This document shows positions 51,730-64,000 of a DNA stretch of 64,000 bases, piece after piece; positions within the stretch are counted from its first letter, which is position 1, and each line of letters starts with the position of its first letter. Source of the stretch: Eledone cirrhosa (Eukaryota); the NCBI GenBank assembly GCA_964016885.1, contig OZ024740.1, forward strand, positions 288,176,001 to 288,240,000. Direction: 5' to 3'. The position numbers and the translations under genes were made by a program. A model generated the notes under the pieces. It was not told where the DNA came from and ran no database searches. It saw nothing but the letters and a program-made list of their open reading frames with translations.

Positions 51730-52320
51730 ATGATTTCTAATTTAGGCGCAAGGCCAGCAATTTTTGAGTGCAGGGAGAAAGTCGATTTAATCAACCCAGT
51801 TTTTTTACTGGCACTTTAGTTTATCGATCCCTGGATGGATGAAAGACAAAGTTGACTTTGGCAGGATTTGAGCTCAGAAAATAAAGCACCGTAACAAATA
51901 CTGCATAGCATTTTGTCCAACGCTCTAACGATTCTGCCAACCCCCCATACGATTTTTAACTTAGGTTCAAGACGACGATTATCGATTCAATTGGAACCAT
52001 GACCTAATTGGAACTTCTTTTATTGGACACCGAAGGAATGAAAGCCAAAGTTGATCCCAACAGGAACTGAACAGAACTAATCGCAGTAAAACATTTTATA
52101 CGACAGTTTACCACTCCTATTGAGAAGAAGGAGATAGACCTACAGAGAGATAAGTTGGTGTGAGAGTGGTTTAAAGGAGATAGAAAGAAATAACTGTTTC
52201 TACTTTTGGCACAAGGCCAGCAATTACCCAGAGCATTACTGGTACTTTATTTTATCGACCCCGTAAGGATGAAAGGCAAAGTGAACCTCGGCGGGATTTG
52301 AACTCAGATCGTAAAGGGAC
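51730..52320 (-). mobile_element. SINE family A copies and fragments
   Basis: Core motifs at about 51730-51945 and 52195-52320. Confidence 0.8.
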
Positions 52321-52498
52321 GAGATAGAAAGAAATAACGACAGAATGACACAGTTGATGGGAATTATGTCATGTTTGAAAGAGAAGCAAAGAGAAAGGGG
52401 AGGAGAATATGAAAAGAAGTGAGTGATTGAGTAAGAGTGTGTGTCAGAGAGAGGGGGAGAGAGACTGAAAAAGTGACAGAGATAGAGAGAGAGAGACT

Positions 52499-52548
<50 letters not shown>

Positions 52549-52950
52549 ATATGTGTATGTATAAGAGGGAGTAATCAATCAAAAAATGACTGACATACAA
52601 TATTTTTCAGAGTACATGGAAAAAAAATATAGTTGATGTTAGGTAAGATGTAGTAGAATAAACCTGTTCTACAAGAAATACAGCTTTAAAGTAATATCTT
52701 GGGAAAACCCCTTACGTCGTAGCCAATAGACATCCTGATGAATGTTTCTTATGATATCGAAGCTCAATTGAGGTCATCTACTGAATTGTGAAGTAGTCAT
52801 TGTATGTAATGAATAGCTTATGATTTAAGTCGTAATTATTCTAGGCTGTGTTTGAGCAATTTACTCTTCTGAATAATTACATTGCTTCTCGTATCTCACC
52901 ATGTGAGGTGAATATAATGTGTGTGTACAAATATCTATCTATCTATCTGT

Positions 52951-52993
52951 ACGGTGCTGATGACAGCTAATAAGCTAGAAACTAGTTCATCGT
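52951..52993 (+). ncRNA. Minimal type I hammerhead
   Basis: ACGGTG-CTGATGA-c AGCT aata AGCT a-GAAA-CTAG-TT-CATCGT; palindromic ACTAGT. Confidence 0.8.
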
Positions 52994-53367
52994 TCCTTCG
53001 TCAGTGTTGAACAAAAGGGCAACGATGGTTGCCGAACACTGTACGGCTAATAATTCGGGTTGTTTGTTTAAAAACAAACCGAGCATGATAATAAATGTTC
53101 GGTAAACCCATACGTACATATATATAAGTGTGCATGTATGTATATATATACATACTACTGTACGTCTGTATACATATATGTATGTACGTATACATACTTA
53201 TATTTAAGTATCAGCCGTACTAAGAGTGAGAAATGAGATTTCATTTTTTCCATTTATCGTTTTCGGCACACCCGGCCGACTCGATATGCAAATTAGGCTG
53301 CTCAGCCGTTAATATGCATAAGGAAAGTATATACTTTCAAACGTTCAATCGACTGACAGGAAGGTAT

Positions 53368-53410
53368 ACGGTGCTGATGACAGCTAATAAGCTAGAAACT
53401 GGTTCATCGT
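53368..53410 (+). ncRNA. Minimal type I hammerhead (second copy)
   Basis: Identical except stem III CTGG. Confidence 0.75.
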
Positions 53411-53595
53411 TCCTTTGTCAGTGTTGAACAAAAGGGCGACGATGGTTGCCAAACACTGTACGGCTAATAATTCGGGCTGTTTGTTTACAAACAAACCGAG
53501 CATAATAATATATAAGTGTGCATGTATGTATGTATGTATGTATATACATACTACTGTACGTCTGTATACATATATGTATGTACGTATACATACTT

Positions 53596-53763
53596 TGTGT
53601 GACGAAAGAACTTTGACAATATATAAACAACCATCTGGTTGTGGAACCAACCAACCAACCGGAAATTTATAAATTCCTAAATTTATAAATTTATTATAAT
53701 AAATTGAAGTGAAAGCAACTGGTGCGTGTGTTTCTTATTGGCAACATGACCCTCCCAAAGTAT

Positions 53764-53768
<5 letters not shown>
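53596..53768 (+). mobile_element. Family P2 fragment starting within HHR stem II
   Basis: Reverse complement of about 12565-12736. Confidence 0.75.
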
Positions 53769-53842
<74 letters not shown>

Positions 53843-54155
53843 GATCGATCGACTTTCATCAAATCGGACCGAGGAAACAATGTTTTCGTCGGTCTTTCCA
53901 GTTGCTAATACTATCTATCGGTCGCAACTCCAGGTAGAAGGAGCAACGTGAAATAAAGTGTCTTGCTCAAGGACATAACGCATCGCCCGGTCCAGGAATC
54001 GACGGGGCATTATAACAACATGCTGCTTCGTTCGTCTCTGGGTCAAAAACATAAACACACTTTTTTCTTCTTTGTTGTTTATTTGCTTGTTTCCTTAAAG
54101 CCTCTTGAAATGGGTTTACCATCATTCCGTTGGCATACATATATTACGCAATTTA

Positions 54156-54211
54156 CACCTGAAGATGTCACCGGCTTCTTACGCAACCGGGCGACTGAAA
54201 TGTGCATAGTG
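54156..54211 (+). ncRNA. Type I hammerhead
   Basis: CAC-CTGAAGA-t GTCACCGG..CCGGGCGAC t-GAAA-TGTGCA-TA-GTG. Confidence 0.7.
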
Positions 54212-54477
54212 CTTGCAGAAATAAATAATTAAGGACATTCAACTTATTTGGCTTCCTGTCATTTTACTTTATAATACATTTGACCACGTTCCCGCACCAC
54301 CAACATGATTCAACATCTAGGATGAATGAGTAGCGTAACGTCGAGTGCTTTTCTTATATTACGTTATGATTAGCATTGCAGAATGACCAATTCTACCCAG
54401 TGGTAAACCACCAAATTTAAACGTATATATATATATATATATCCAACTCTCTCTATATATATACACACACACACACA

Positions 54478-54541
<64 letters not shown>

Positions 54542-57212
54542 CACACACGCACATACGCACATACGCACACACACACACACACACACACATAGTAAACAGC
54601 TGACGAGGGGAATGTCCCTCTCTTGTTTGTGTCCCCTAACCTTCTCACACTCATCAGTAACCACACAGCCTCGCCTGCCTCAATCCATATATATATATAT
54701 ATATATGCGTGAGTGTGTATGTGTATATGATGCATAGTGTGCGCATACGTGTGTATATTTAGCCTATATACACTACGCTAGTATATATATATGTTAGCTA
54801 CCTAAGTTCACTCACAAGGCTTGGGTCAACCCAAGACGAAGATATTTGACCTAATATTAGATCTTGTCTGTAATTCAAATGAACAGTTCTCTAATCTCAG
54901 GAAGTTAATGGTGATTGGGTGATTGAAAGAAATCTTAGATCAGAGAGCACAAAAATTCTGTTTAAAAGATGTCTTAGTCTTCTAATCCCTGGCTGGTTAA
55001 AATATGATGTGTGACAATGGCGAAAATAAAATGTTGTCTGCATAATGTCATTGCATTATCCGCCCCTAGACTGCTGGGAAAATATCAATTGTTAAGGATC
55101 ATTATAAAATCAAGAGGAAGTGGAAAACCCTTAAGTAAATGTGAAATATCTCACGGGAGTAAATGATAAAGACAGTGAGTTGGCTAAAGGACTGAAATAA
55201 AATATCATGGACACATACAGAAGATGGAAATAGGGGGGGGGGGGGGGCGTCTGTACGATAGGTGCATCAGTATGCATCTGAGATTGCGTGTTGTGAGGTC
55301 TGCATATGTCTAGGTGGATGTGCACAAAACTAATGCGTTTGCAAGATATCTTTTCATACAAGTAAGTTTGTAGAAAATTAATATAGCATTAGCCTTTATA
55401 AGCATAGGTCTTTAGAAAAACGAAATGAACAATGAAAACATTTCACATGTAGTTCGTTTTTGTAGTTCGACTTGTGTTCTAAATGGACGCCAAGTTGAGT
55501 GAGGTGAAGATGAAAACTGTAGATTGTAGAAAAAAACAACAAAAAAAAAACGTGATGCTGCTTAGCTGCAAAACTAAATTGTCGCGTATATTGAGCCTGC
55601 ATTGGCCCGTCTGTGTATGTGTGTATATATGTGCTAAACGAATCAAAAATGAATACATGATAAATCTATCAGATAAGAAGGAAATTAAAAATGTGTTGCT
55701 AGGTAGTAGACTAGAAAAGTACGCGTCTAGAACAGTAAACATTTATGATGGTTAATTACGATTTAAAAATAAAATAAAAATAAACAAACTGTTCCATTGC
55801 TAGGAAGAATTAACAGAATATAAAACCTAAGACAGTCTGTTTACATAGATCAGGAATTACAGAGGTAATTCTATAGGTTTTGGTTGGAGTGTGAGGCGAA
55901 CAATTCTGTAGATAGTGATTCCACATATATCACATTTTCTGTCCTTGAGACGTCTCATGTAAGAGATGACGATGCTGTTATGTTGTTGTTACGTTGATAA
56001 AGTAAAATGTAATGATAAAGATCTCTTAACTCTTGGTGGAGTCGTAGGAACGCCGTCATAACACACTGCCTCCCTTAGGCATTTTACACCTGGCAGAACC
56101 CACCCCTCTCCAGGTCGAAACATAACCGATTTCTTCCAGAGAATGAGATAGTAAGATAGAGAGAGATAGAGAGAGGTATGAAGAGAGAGGGAGAAAGAGA
56201 GAAAGAGAGAGAAATAAAAAGAGAGAGAGGGGGGAAGGAGGGGGAAGGAGAGAGAGAAAGAGAGAGGGAGAGGGGGGGGGGGGGGGGGTAGAATAGACTT
56301 CAGTAATGGATTGCCAAAGATGAAAGGCAAAGTTAACTTCGGCGTAATTTGAACTCAGACCGAAGTGAGCCGGAACAAATACCGAAGTGTTTTTAAACCG
56401 AAGTCCTAACGACTCTGACAATTTACCGCCCATGGGGTGATCAACATTCCTCATACTTGGTAACCGCTGTATCGTTTATGACTATTGTTATTTGAAACTG
56501 AGCGAAGCTATAACGGAATCAAAAGTGTAGCTTCTGATGTTACATACTGTATCAGAAAACTGACTTCAAACTATAGATAACGGTTTGGTTGGCAGTGTGA
56601 AGAAAAACACATTTAAAATTTTAAATTAAGGTGTTAAAGTCTCTCTCAAGTCTAAAGACTCAACAAGCCGGAGCGTATTCCATTTTCATTGGTGTTTAGC
56701 GACTGTGAATGCCAAATTCCCCCGCACCTTCAACGTAACGCCAGTGATATGAAGTGCCATCATCAAAGACAAAACATATCACTGTGTCCAAGAATCGAAC
56801 CAATGATGTTATGATCGTAACTGCAACACCCAAACGACTAGATCATGCGCCAACACACTTTAAGTTTATAGTTGTGTAAAAAAAAAAAAAGGGATTAATA
56901 AAATGGCGTAAATTCTTGTAAGTTAGAATATAGTTAGAATATTGTTGGACTCTGAAACAAACGTTGACAAAATATTTGCCCCAAATTAAGGACGCTGATA
57001 GAAAGTATAGAAGAGATATGACGTTTCGGGTGAAGCATTATACCAAATTAAAATAAGGAAAGAAAAGATTAAGAAATAAGAAAAGTCTAGGAACGATAAC
57101 AAGCTGGAGAATACAGTGTGTATTGGGCGACTACATTCTGAGTGTATATATATATATATTTATATATATAATGGTGAAAGCAGCGATTCTTTGCTTAAAC
57201 TTTAATCGGTTA

Positions 57213-57274
<62 letters not shown>

Positions 57275-57715
57275 ATAATATATGTAGTAATAAACACAGT
57301 AAATCGTGTCTAAAATTACGAGGGTTGGTTTTACAAATTTAACCAGAGTTATTAACTCTGCCTTTTATTTGTATATATATATATATACATATACATTTAG
57401 TGATTGCGACGTCCAGTTACTGTAGGTCCACCAGAGTGAGCACTCGATGTGTTGGTTTCAGTAGGTATATTGGTGTTGTATTAATCAGAGTGTAATTCGG
57501 TACCATAACAGAAGTCCGACGAGCTTTTGATTCCAGAGTCGGGCCAGATCAATATAGATCGAGCCTAGAGCTCAATAACCCTCAATAAACGTAATGAAGA
57601 TCTAACACTTCGTCCTTTTTATTATTATTACTATATTACTATATTACTATATTACTTTTTATTATTATTACTATATATATATAGTAGAAACAATTATTAC
57701 TATATATATATATAT

Positions 57716-57922
57716 ATAGGAACAAGTAAGACCCCGACGGCTGAGCTCAAGCCGTTTCGACGGCTAATTCTGGACTGAATTCAGTCCAGAATTACCCGTC
57801 GAAACGGCTTGAGTTCAGCCGTCGGGGTCTTACTTGTTCCTATTACCCACTCTACTACCCTAAGTATTGAGTACTTTGGTGCGTTATGGTCCACCTGGTT
57901 CCTTACCACATTTCCTTCGTTA
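57716..57922 (+). mobile_element. Palindromic element family P1 (copy 3)
   Basis: Palindrome 57716-57843 plus 3' extension; (TA)n flanks. Confidence 0.8.
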
Positions 57923-58107
57923 TAGATATATATATATATATATAGTTAGGGAAGCAGAAAATTGCTTTTTGTGATCCAGTATTTGCAGTATAGCAATATA
58001 AGGTTGCACTTACCAATGAAACGGTCGTAAATACCTGGATAAAATCCTTCTCTTAATGCTTACCTGTGTTTTCTCTTTTATACTATATATATATATATAT
58101 TTATATG

Positions 58108-58169
<62 letters not shown>

Positions 58170-58770
58170 GAATAAGGAAAAGCGAAGTAGTTTCAGATGT
58201 TCAAGTCCTTTAATAATAATTGTTTCTACTTTAGGCACAAGGCCAGCAATTATCCAGTGCATTACTGGTACTTTATTTTATCGACCCCATAAGGATGAAA
58301 GGCAAAGTCAACCTCGGCGGGATTTGAACTCAGATCGTAAAGGGACGTAACTATGCTGGAAAGCATGATATATATTTCAGTGACGACACTGATTTCGTTG
58401 AAATCTGCGGTGGCTAATGGTCAACTTCCTTCGGACATGCGCTTGCGCAGACCGGTGGGAGTGAATTGGTACTCACAAGGGAACGGATGAAAAACCCAAA
58501 AGCACGAACTTCATCCGTTCCCATGTCGATTCAATTTGGATTGCCTCGGAAACATAACCTTATTATGTAATAAGCTGTCTGATGATGACACGACACTCGC
58601 ACACAGAACAGTGTGGCCAGTGTCGTCACTGAAATATATATCACAGCATTATTATTAAAGGACTTGAACATCTGAAACTACTTCGCTTTTCCTTATTCGA
58701 TATTTACTCCGTCACTCCTATGTGGAAAAAGTACGTTGAGTGTTTGAATTGAATTGCATCAATATTTACC
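58170..58770 (+). mobile_element. HHR element with inverted 5' pLTR piece interrupted by a SINE
   Basis: 58170-58220 and 58366-58391 are reverse complements of parts of 58618-58698; SINE A (minus strand) at about 58218-58365. Confidence 0.8.
58574..58647 (+). ncRNA. Type I hammerhead
   Basis: GCTGT-CTGATGA-tgac ACGACACT..AGTGTCGT cact-GAAA-TATATA-TC-ACAGC. Confidence 0.8.
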
Positions 58771-58818
58771 CTATATATTTATATATATATATATTTATAT
58801 GTATATACATATATATAT

Positions 58819-59040
58819 ATTGGTAAACGGAATAGAAAATGCTAACAAATTGTTCACAGTTGAAAAATGGTTTAATTAGGAATAAAAGAGTATTAGTGAT
58901 TGTATGGGTTAGTATTCAGTTGTGGTTTTAAACCACAACTGAATACGAACCCATACAATCACTAATACTCTTTTATTCCTAATTAAACCATTTTTCAACT
59001 GTGAACAATTTGTCAGCATTTTCTATTCCGTTTACCAATA
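58819..59040. repeat. Near-perfect 220 bp palindrome between (TA)n arrays
   Basis: Centre GTGGTTTTAAACCAC; degenerate GAA-CAATTTG-TC motif. Confidence 0.85.
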
Positions 59041-59073
59041 TATAATAACTTGTGTGTTACACCTCTATTCTTT

Positions 59074-59077
<4 letters not shown>

Positions 59078-59116
<39 letters not shown>

Positions 59117-59132
59117 TATATGTATATATATA

Positions 59133-59172
<40 letters not shown>

Positions 59173-59232
59173 TATATGTATATATATATTTTTATATGTA
59201 TATATATATTTTTATATGTATATATATATTTT

Positions 59233-59263
<31 letters not shown>

Positions 59264-59264
59264 G

Positions 59265-59299
<35 letters not shown>

Positions 59300-59350
59300 A
59301 TATTTATATGTATATATATATATTTATATGTATATATATATATTTATATG

Positions 59351-59381
<31 letters not shown>

Positions 59382-59558
59382 ATATTTATGTATATATATA
59401 TATATTTATGTATATATATATATATATTTATATGTATATATATATATATTTATATGTATATATATATATATTTATATGTATATATATATATATTTATATG
59501 TATATATATATATATTTATATGTATATATATATTTATATGTATATATATATATATATA
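59078..59558. repeat. (TA)n-derived higher-order array
   Basis: Repeated TTTATATG(TA)n units. Confidence 0.95.
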
Positions 59559-62500
59559 TCCTGGGTATGACATTAAACTACATCCAGTGGCAAGGCGCCA
59601 GTAAGATACTGTCAGCCATTGAAAAGAAATATGGAGAGTCGATCTAACAGCACTAGGGTTAGAGCCCCTAACTACACTGTCAAGGAGCAGTCTGGTCGTT
59701 ATGACTCTGCTGGCTTAGAGCCACAGGGAGGACCAGTGGATGATGGACCAGCTGTCTCTGAGACAAATATAAAGAGTGCAGTTTCAAAATGGGCACTCTG
59801 AATGTGAGGACTATTCGGACGCTGGAGAAGAGAGAGGAGTTGGGTCATCTGTTTGAGGAGAGTGGTATACAGATACTTGCGATCCAAGAACACAGGATCC
59901 TACACGATGAGTCCGTGAGGAGTGTGATGATTTGGAAGATGAGCCAGCTCATCACCACATCGGCAGTGAAGAACATGACCAATGCTGCAGTGGGAGTGGG
60001 TTTTGTTTTCAGCACAAAAACCAGTCTATTGGTGAGGGAAATAATATCTGTCTCCCCTCGAGTGTTGAGGGTGACCTTCAATGGAAACCCAAGACTGACA
60101 GTCATCCCAGCCTATAGTCCAACCGAGGGAGACAGTGATATGAGTGCGGAAGAGTTCCACGAGGAGGTGTGTAGAGCTGTCAACACCACACAAGCACACA
60201 GCATCCTGCTTGTTCTGGGGGACTTCAATGCACATCTGAGTAAGGAGGGCGGTGAAGATCCTTGCTGGTACTTCCATAACAACACCAACCGAAATGGAAG
60301 ACTACTGAGAGACACCCTGCTGGAGGTGAACTTGATGGTAACCAACCTAAGGTTTAGGAAGAATCTGAGGAAGATGTGGACCTACATCTCAGATATGCAC
60401 CTGTCCAAGTCACAGATTGATTTCATTCTGGTGAAGAAAAAGTGGCGGAATAGTGTTCTGAACACAGAACCATACAACTATTTCAGTACACTGGGCAGTG
60501 ACCACCGGCTTGTTATGAGTGAGGTCCGGGTGAGCTTAAGGAAGAGCAAGGCTCAGCCCCGGAGAGCAATCTATGACTGGGGAGCTTTCAAGGAAGATGA
60601 TAAGCTACAGAAGAGGTTCACAGTAGAAGTGAGGAACAGGTTCAGTACTCTGTGTGGAGAGACAGAGGAGAGAGATTGGATGGACTGAGGAGAGTGTGAC
60701 AAAGCAAATGATACCTGGTACCAAGGAGAAAGAACAAAAGGAAGCATGTCAGCTCTGGAGACCCAAACGTGTGTGCAGCCAGAGAACACCTGAACGCTGC
60801 CAAGGACCAATTCTATGCTGATCCTACGGAGGAGAGGAAGGAGAATGTGGAAGTGATGAGGAAAGAACTCTGTACCGCTTACACTGAGGCCAGAGAGGAG
60901 GCACTGATAGAGAAGATCAGAAGTGTGGAGAGAGCGGTTGGCAGGTCTGGATGTAAGGAGAGCTGGATGATCATCAACGAGATCACAGGGAGGAAGAGAA
61001 GGTGTTCGAGTCAGATCCAGGGAACAGGGCCCGATGATAGGAAGGGGAAATGGCTAGACGATTTTAGGACCCTACTAGGAGAGCTGCCCTCCACAGCCTA
61101 GAACACTGGGGAGATCAGACGGCTGTTTGAAGAACTGGATATTGAGACAGGGCCCTTCACCAGAGAAGACCTTCAGAGAGCCAAGAAGAAGACCAAGGAG
61201 GACAAGGCTCATGGAGAAGATGGAATGGCATCAGAGGTGATGAAGAAGTGTGATTTTGATGATATCATCCTGGGGTTCTGTAACCAGGCACTGGAGAAAG
61301 GAGTTGCTTCGAATCAGTGGAGGATCAGTAACATCGTCCCAGTGCCAAAGAAGGGAGATCTCTCTAACACCAACAACTACAGGGGGATCTCACTGACGTC
61401 ACTTGTGGCAAAGACCCTCAACAGGACGATTCTGAACAGGATCCAGCCCGAGATGGAGAAGAAGCTCAGGGACAACCAGAACGGCTTCAGAGAGGGAAGA
61501 TCAACCACCAGTCACATCCTGATGCTGAGGAGGATATTAGAGGGAGCTAGAGCAAAGTGCCTTCCTACGGTCATGGTTTTCATTGACTTTAGGAAGGCTT
61601 TTGATTCTGTGCGCCGTCACTGCTTGATGAAGATCTTACAGGCTTATGGAATCCCCAAGAAGATAGTGGACCTGATATCACTGCTCTACACCAACACCAA
61701 AGCCCAAGCAATTACACCCGACGGGATGACGGAGTTCTTTGAGATACTGGCTGGAGTGCTGCAGGGAGATACATTGGCTCCCTACCTTTTTATCATCGTA
61801 GTGGACTATTGTATACGCCTTGCACTGGAGAAACACCATGGTGGCGTTTAAAATGTAACACCGGATCAGAGCAGGAGAGTTAAGGAGAAAAAGATATCGG
61901 ATGCTGAATTTGCCGACGACATAGTTTTGGTGACAAACACAGTGAAGGAGGCAGAGGATTTGATGCAGGGGGTGGAGACTGTGTCCATGAGTGTGGGGCT
62001 GAGAATGAATGAGATTAAGACAACATATCTGGTAGAGAATGTTGAGAAGCCAGAGGGGATTACTAATGTAGGCGGGAAGCCACTAGAGTTGGTTGAGGAC
62101 TTCCTGTATTTGGGAGCAAAGATTGGGAATACGGAAGATGATGTGGTTGAGAGGAAGAGCAAAGCCTGGGCAGCGTGCCACAGCTTGAGATCGGTGTGGA
62201 AGTCGGACCTCCGTAAAGACCTGAAGGTCCGCCTCTTCATTGCTCTAGTGGAGTCTGTGCTGCTGTACGGGTCTGAGACTTGGACACTTACCAAGAAACT
62301 CACTCAGATGGTGGATGGGTGCTACACGAGAATGTTGAGGATGGCTCTGAACATTAATCAGTATACACTGAGGATGAAAAACCCAGAGCTGGATGGGAGC
62401 CTCCCAAAGGTCAGCTCAAAGGTGACACTGAGGAGACTGAGGTTAGCTGGACATGCTCACCGACATCCAGAGTTGACACTGCACTCAGTGCTCCCGTGGG

Positions 62501-62680
62501 AGACCCTGCATGGACAAACTGGAAAAGGAAGACCGAGGTTAACATATGTTGATGCCCTAAGGACAGACACTGGTCTGTTGGAGACGCAGGACATGTTAGC
62601 GATAATGAGGGACAGAGACCGCTGGAGAGAACTCGTCTATGGACCTCGGGAATTTTACCCGCCTTAGATAGATAGATAGA
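59559..62680 (+). mobile_element. Near-full-length RTE-clade LINE, decayed
   Basis: Single APE-RT frame without ORF1, short 5' UTR, (GATA)n tail directly after the stop. Confidence 0.9.
59789..62667 (+). pseudogene. RTE APE-reverse transcriptase
   Basis: GTLNVRT, IQE, GDFNA, SDH; YRGISL, FIDFRKAFDS, GVLQGDTLAP, FADD; GRPRLTY; several stops and frameshifts. Confidence 0.92.
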
Positions 62681-62960
62681 TATGTATATATATATAAGTA
62701 TGTATACGTACATACATATATGTATACAGACGTACAGTAGTATGTATATATATACATACATGCACACATATATATATATGTACGTATGGATTTACCGAAC
62801 ATTTATTATAATGCTCGGTTTGTTTGTAAACAAACATCCCGAACTGTACGTCTGTATACATATATGTATGTACGTATACATACTTATATTTAAGTAACAG
62901 CCGTACTAAGAGTGAGAAATGAAATTTCGTTTCATTTTTTCCATTTATATATATATAGCA

Positions 62961-63553
62961 GTTGGTGCTACTGGTAACGTGTATCCCAGTACAACCTGTC
63001 CCATGGTCGAGTCATTGGCGACTAAACTGGCAACCTCACCAAGGTTTCTTGGTGAGGAGGGTGACTTTGGACATCCTGCAGGACTAAAAACAAAACCTGT
63101 CAAAGGGCAAAGGAGCTCTTAAGAGTCAATGGCCATCCAAAATCACGGGGAGAGATGACCCCTTAGCCTTTGTCAAGGCAGAATTCTAGGAGAAGGAAAA
63201 CTCTGATATAACACCTGCAACCCTGATGGTATCCAATGATGTTGACTTGTTCTTCCTTTTGGTAAATATCATCTTGGTTAAGAGAGTGGGACTGGCTTTG
63301 TGCAGTGCCTTTGCTCACTATAAAAGCTTCACGGCACAGGCATTGCTTTATATCTGGAGATCTCTCTGCACTTCTCATCACATGGTACCATGGGCCCAGC
63401 ACTGTGTGTCAATAATTGTCACAAGTGTGGTGTTTGTGCCAGAGTTTTCAAGTCGCTGGCTGGACTAAAAAGTCACACTCGTTCAGCGCATCGGTAGGGG
63501 TTCTCCTACATGGATATAAAGTAGTGGCCGTACTCGAAACGAGTTGGCAGTCA

Positions 63554-63556
<3 letters not shown>
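62961..63556 (+). mobile_element. Internally deleted RTE-derived element (5' UTR joined to 3' end)
   Basis: 3' part encodes CGVCARVFKSLAGLKSHTRSAH C2H2 finger; ends at (TA)n; relative at 48967-49410. Confidence 0.65.
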
Positions 63557-63591
<35 letters not shown>

Positions 63592-63646
63592 AAAAATGGC
63601 ATGCTGCGTGGTTGCACATGCGTTACATATGCGTAAAATTAGTCCT

Positions 63647-63711
63647 TCGTCAGTGATCTTCCAACCTTCATTGGTATTTCTTCGCTTTAAAGATCATATA
63701 CCTCTAGTTGG
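63647..63711 (-). ncRNA. Candidate permuted hammerhead-like RNA (family P3, copy 2)
   Basis: rc: CCAACT aga GGTA-TA-TGATCTT..GAAA-TACC aatga AGGTTGG AAGATCA-CTGACGA. Confidence 0.55.
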
Positions 63712-63865
63712 TGCGAGCAACAACTAAAGAAAGTTATTGGGACACGTAAAATAGGGTGAAGCGAACGACACATGTACACAAACATAGATGGTAATATATA
63801 TATATATATATATATACGTACATACATATATATATATATATATATATACATACACACACACATAT

Positions 63866-63986
<121 letters not shown>

Positions 63987-64000
63987 AAGTTATATTTAAA

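Larger units (their letters stand above)
52950..53595 (+). mobile_element. Retrozyme-like tandem (417 bp monomer, about 1.5 copies)
   Basis: 52950-53198 repeated from 53367; each repeat starts with an HHR; related pieces at 62680-62945. Confidence 0.8.

Noticed and set aside
53842-53897. Minus-strand CCGACGA..GAAA-GTCGATCGA motif
   Set aside because: No consistent stem I or stem II closure
59559-59790. HDV-like ribozyme in the RTE 5' UTR
   Set aside because: Plausible for the clade, but a double pseudoknot could not be assigned by eye

Overview
Repeat-saturated, AT-rich animal genomic DNA. The SINE families and microsatellite load suggest an octopod cephalopod (inference). No host protein-coding gene can be supported. 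Coding remnants are all transposon-derived: a near-full-length Tx1/L1-group LINE plus two truncated copies (all bounded by (TATC)n), an RTE LINE, CRE-, Dong/R4- and CR1-like fragments, a Helitron, a pogo element, a hAT element and several MITEs. The most striking signal is non-coding. At least a dozen apparently unrelated short element families carry type I hammerhead ribozyme (HHR) folds, often with minimal palindromic stem III, and most abut (TA)n or similar microsatellites. They occur as tail-to-tail palindromes or as 417-708 bp direct-repeat monomers, the architecture of Penelope-like pseudo-LTRs and retrozymes. Two unrelated families also carry an HHR-like motif whose core strands are in a non-circularly permuted order (UH, GAAA, CUGANGA) with the same helix pattern. 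All folds were read by eye and none has been tested.
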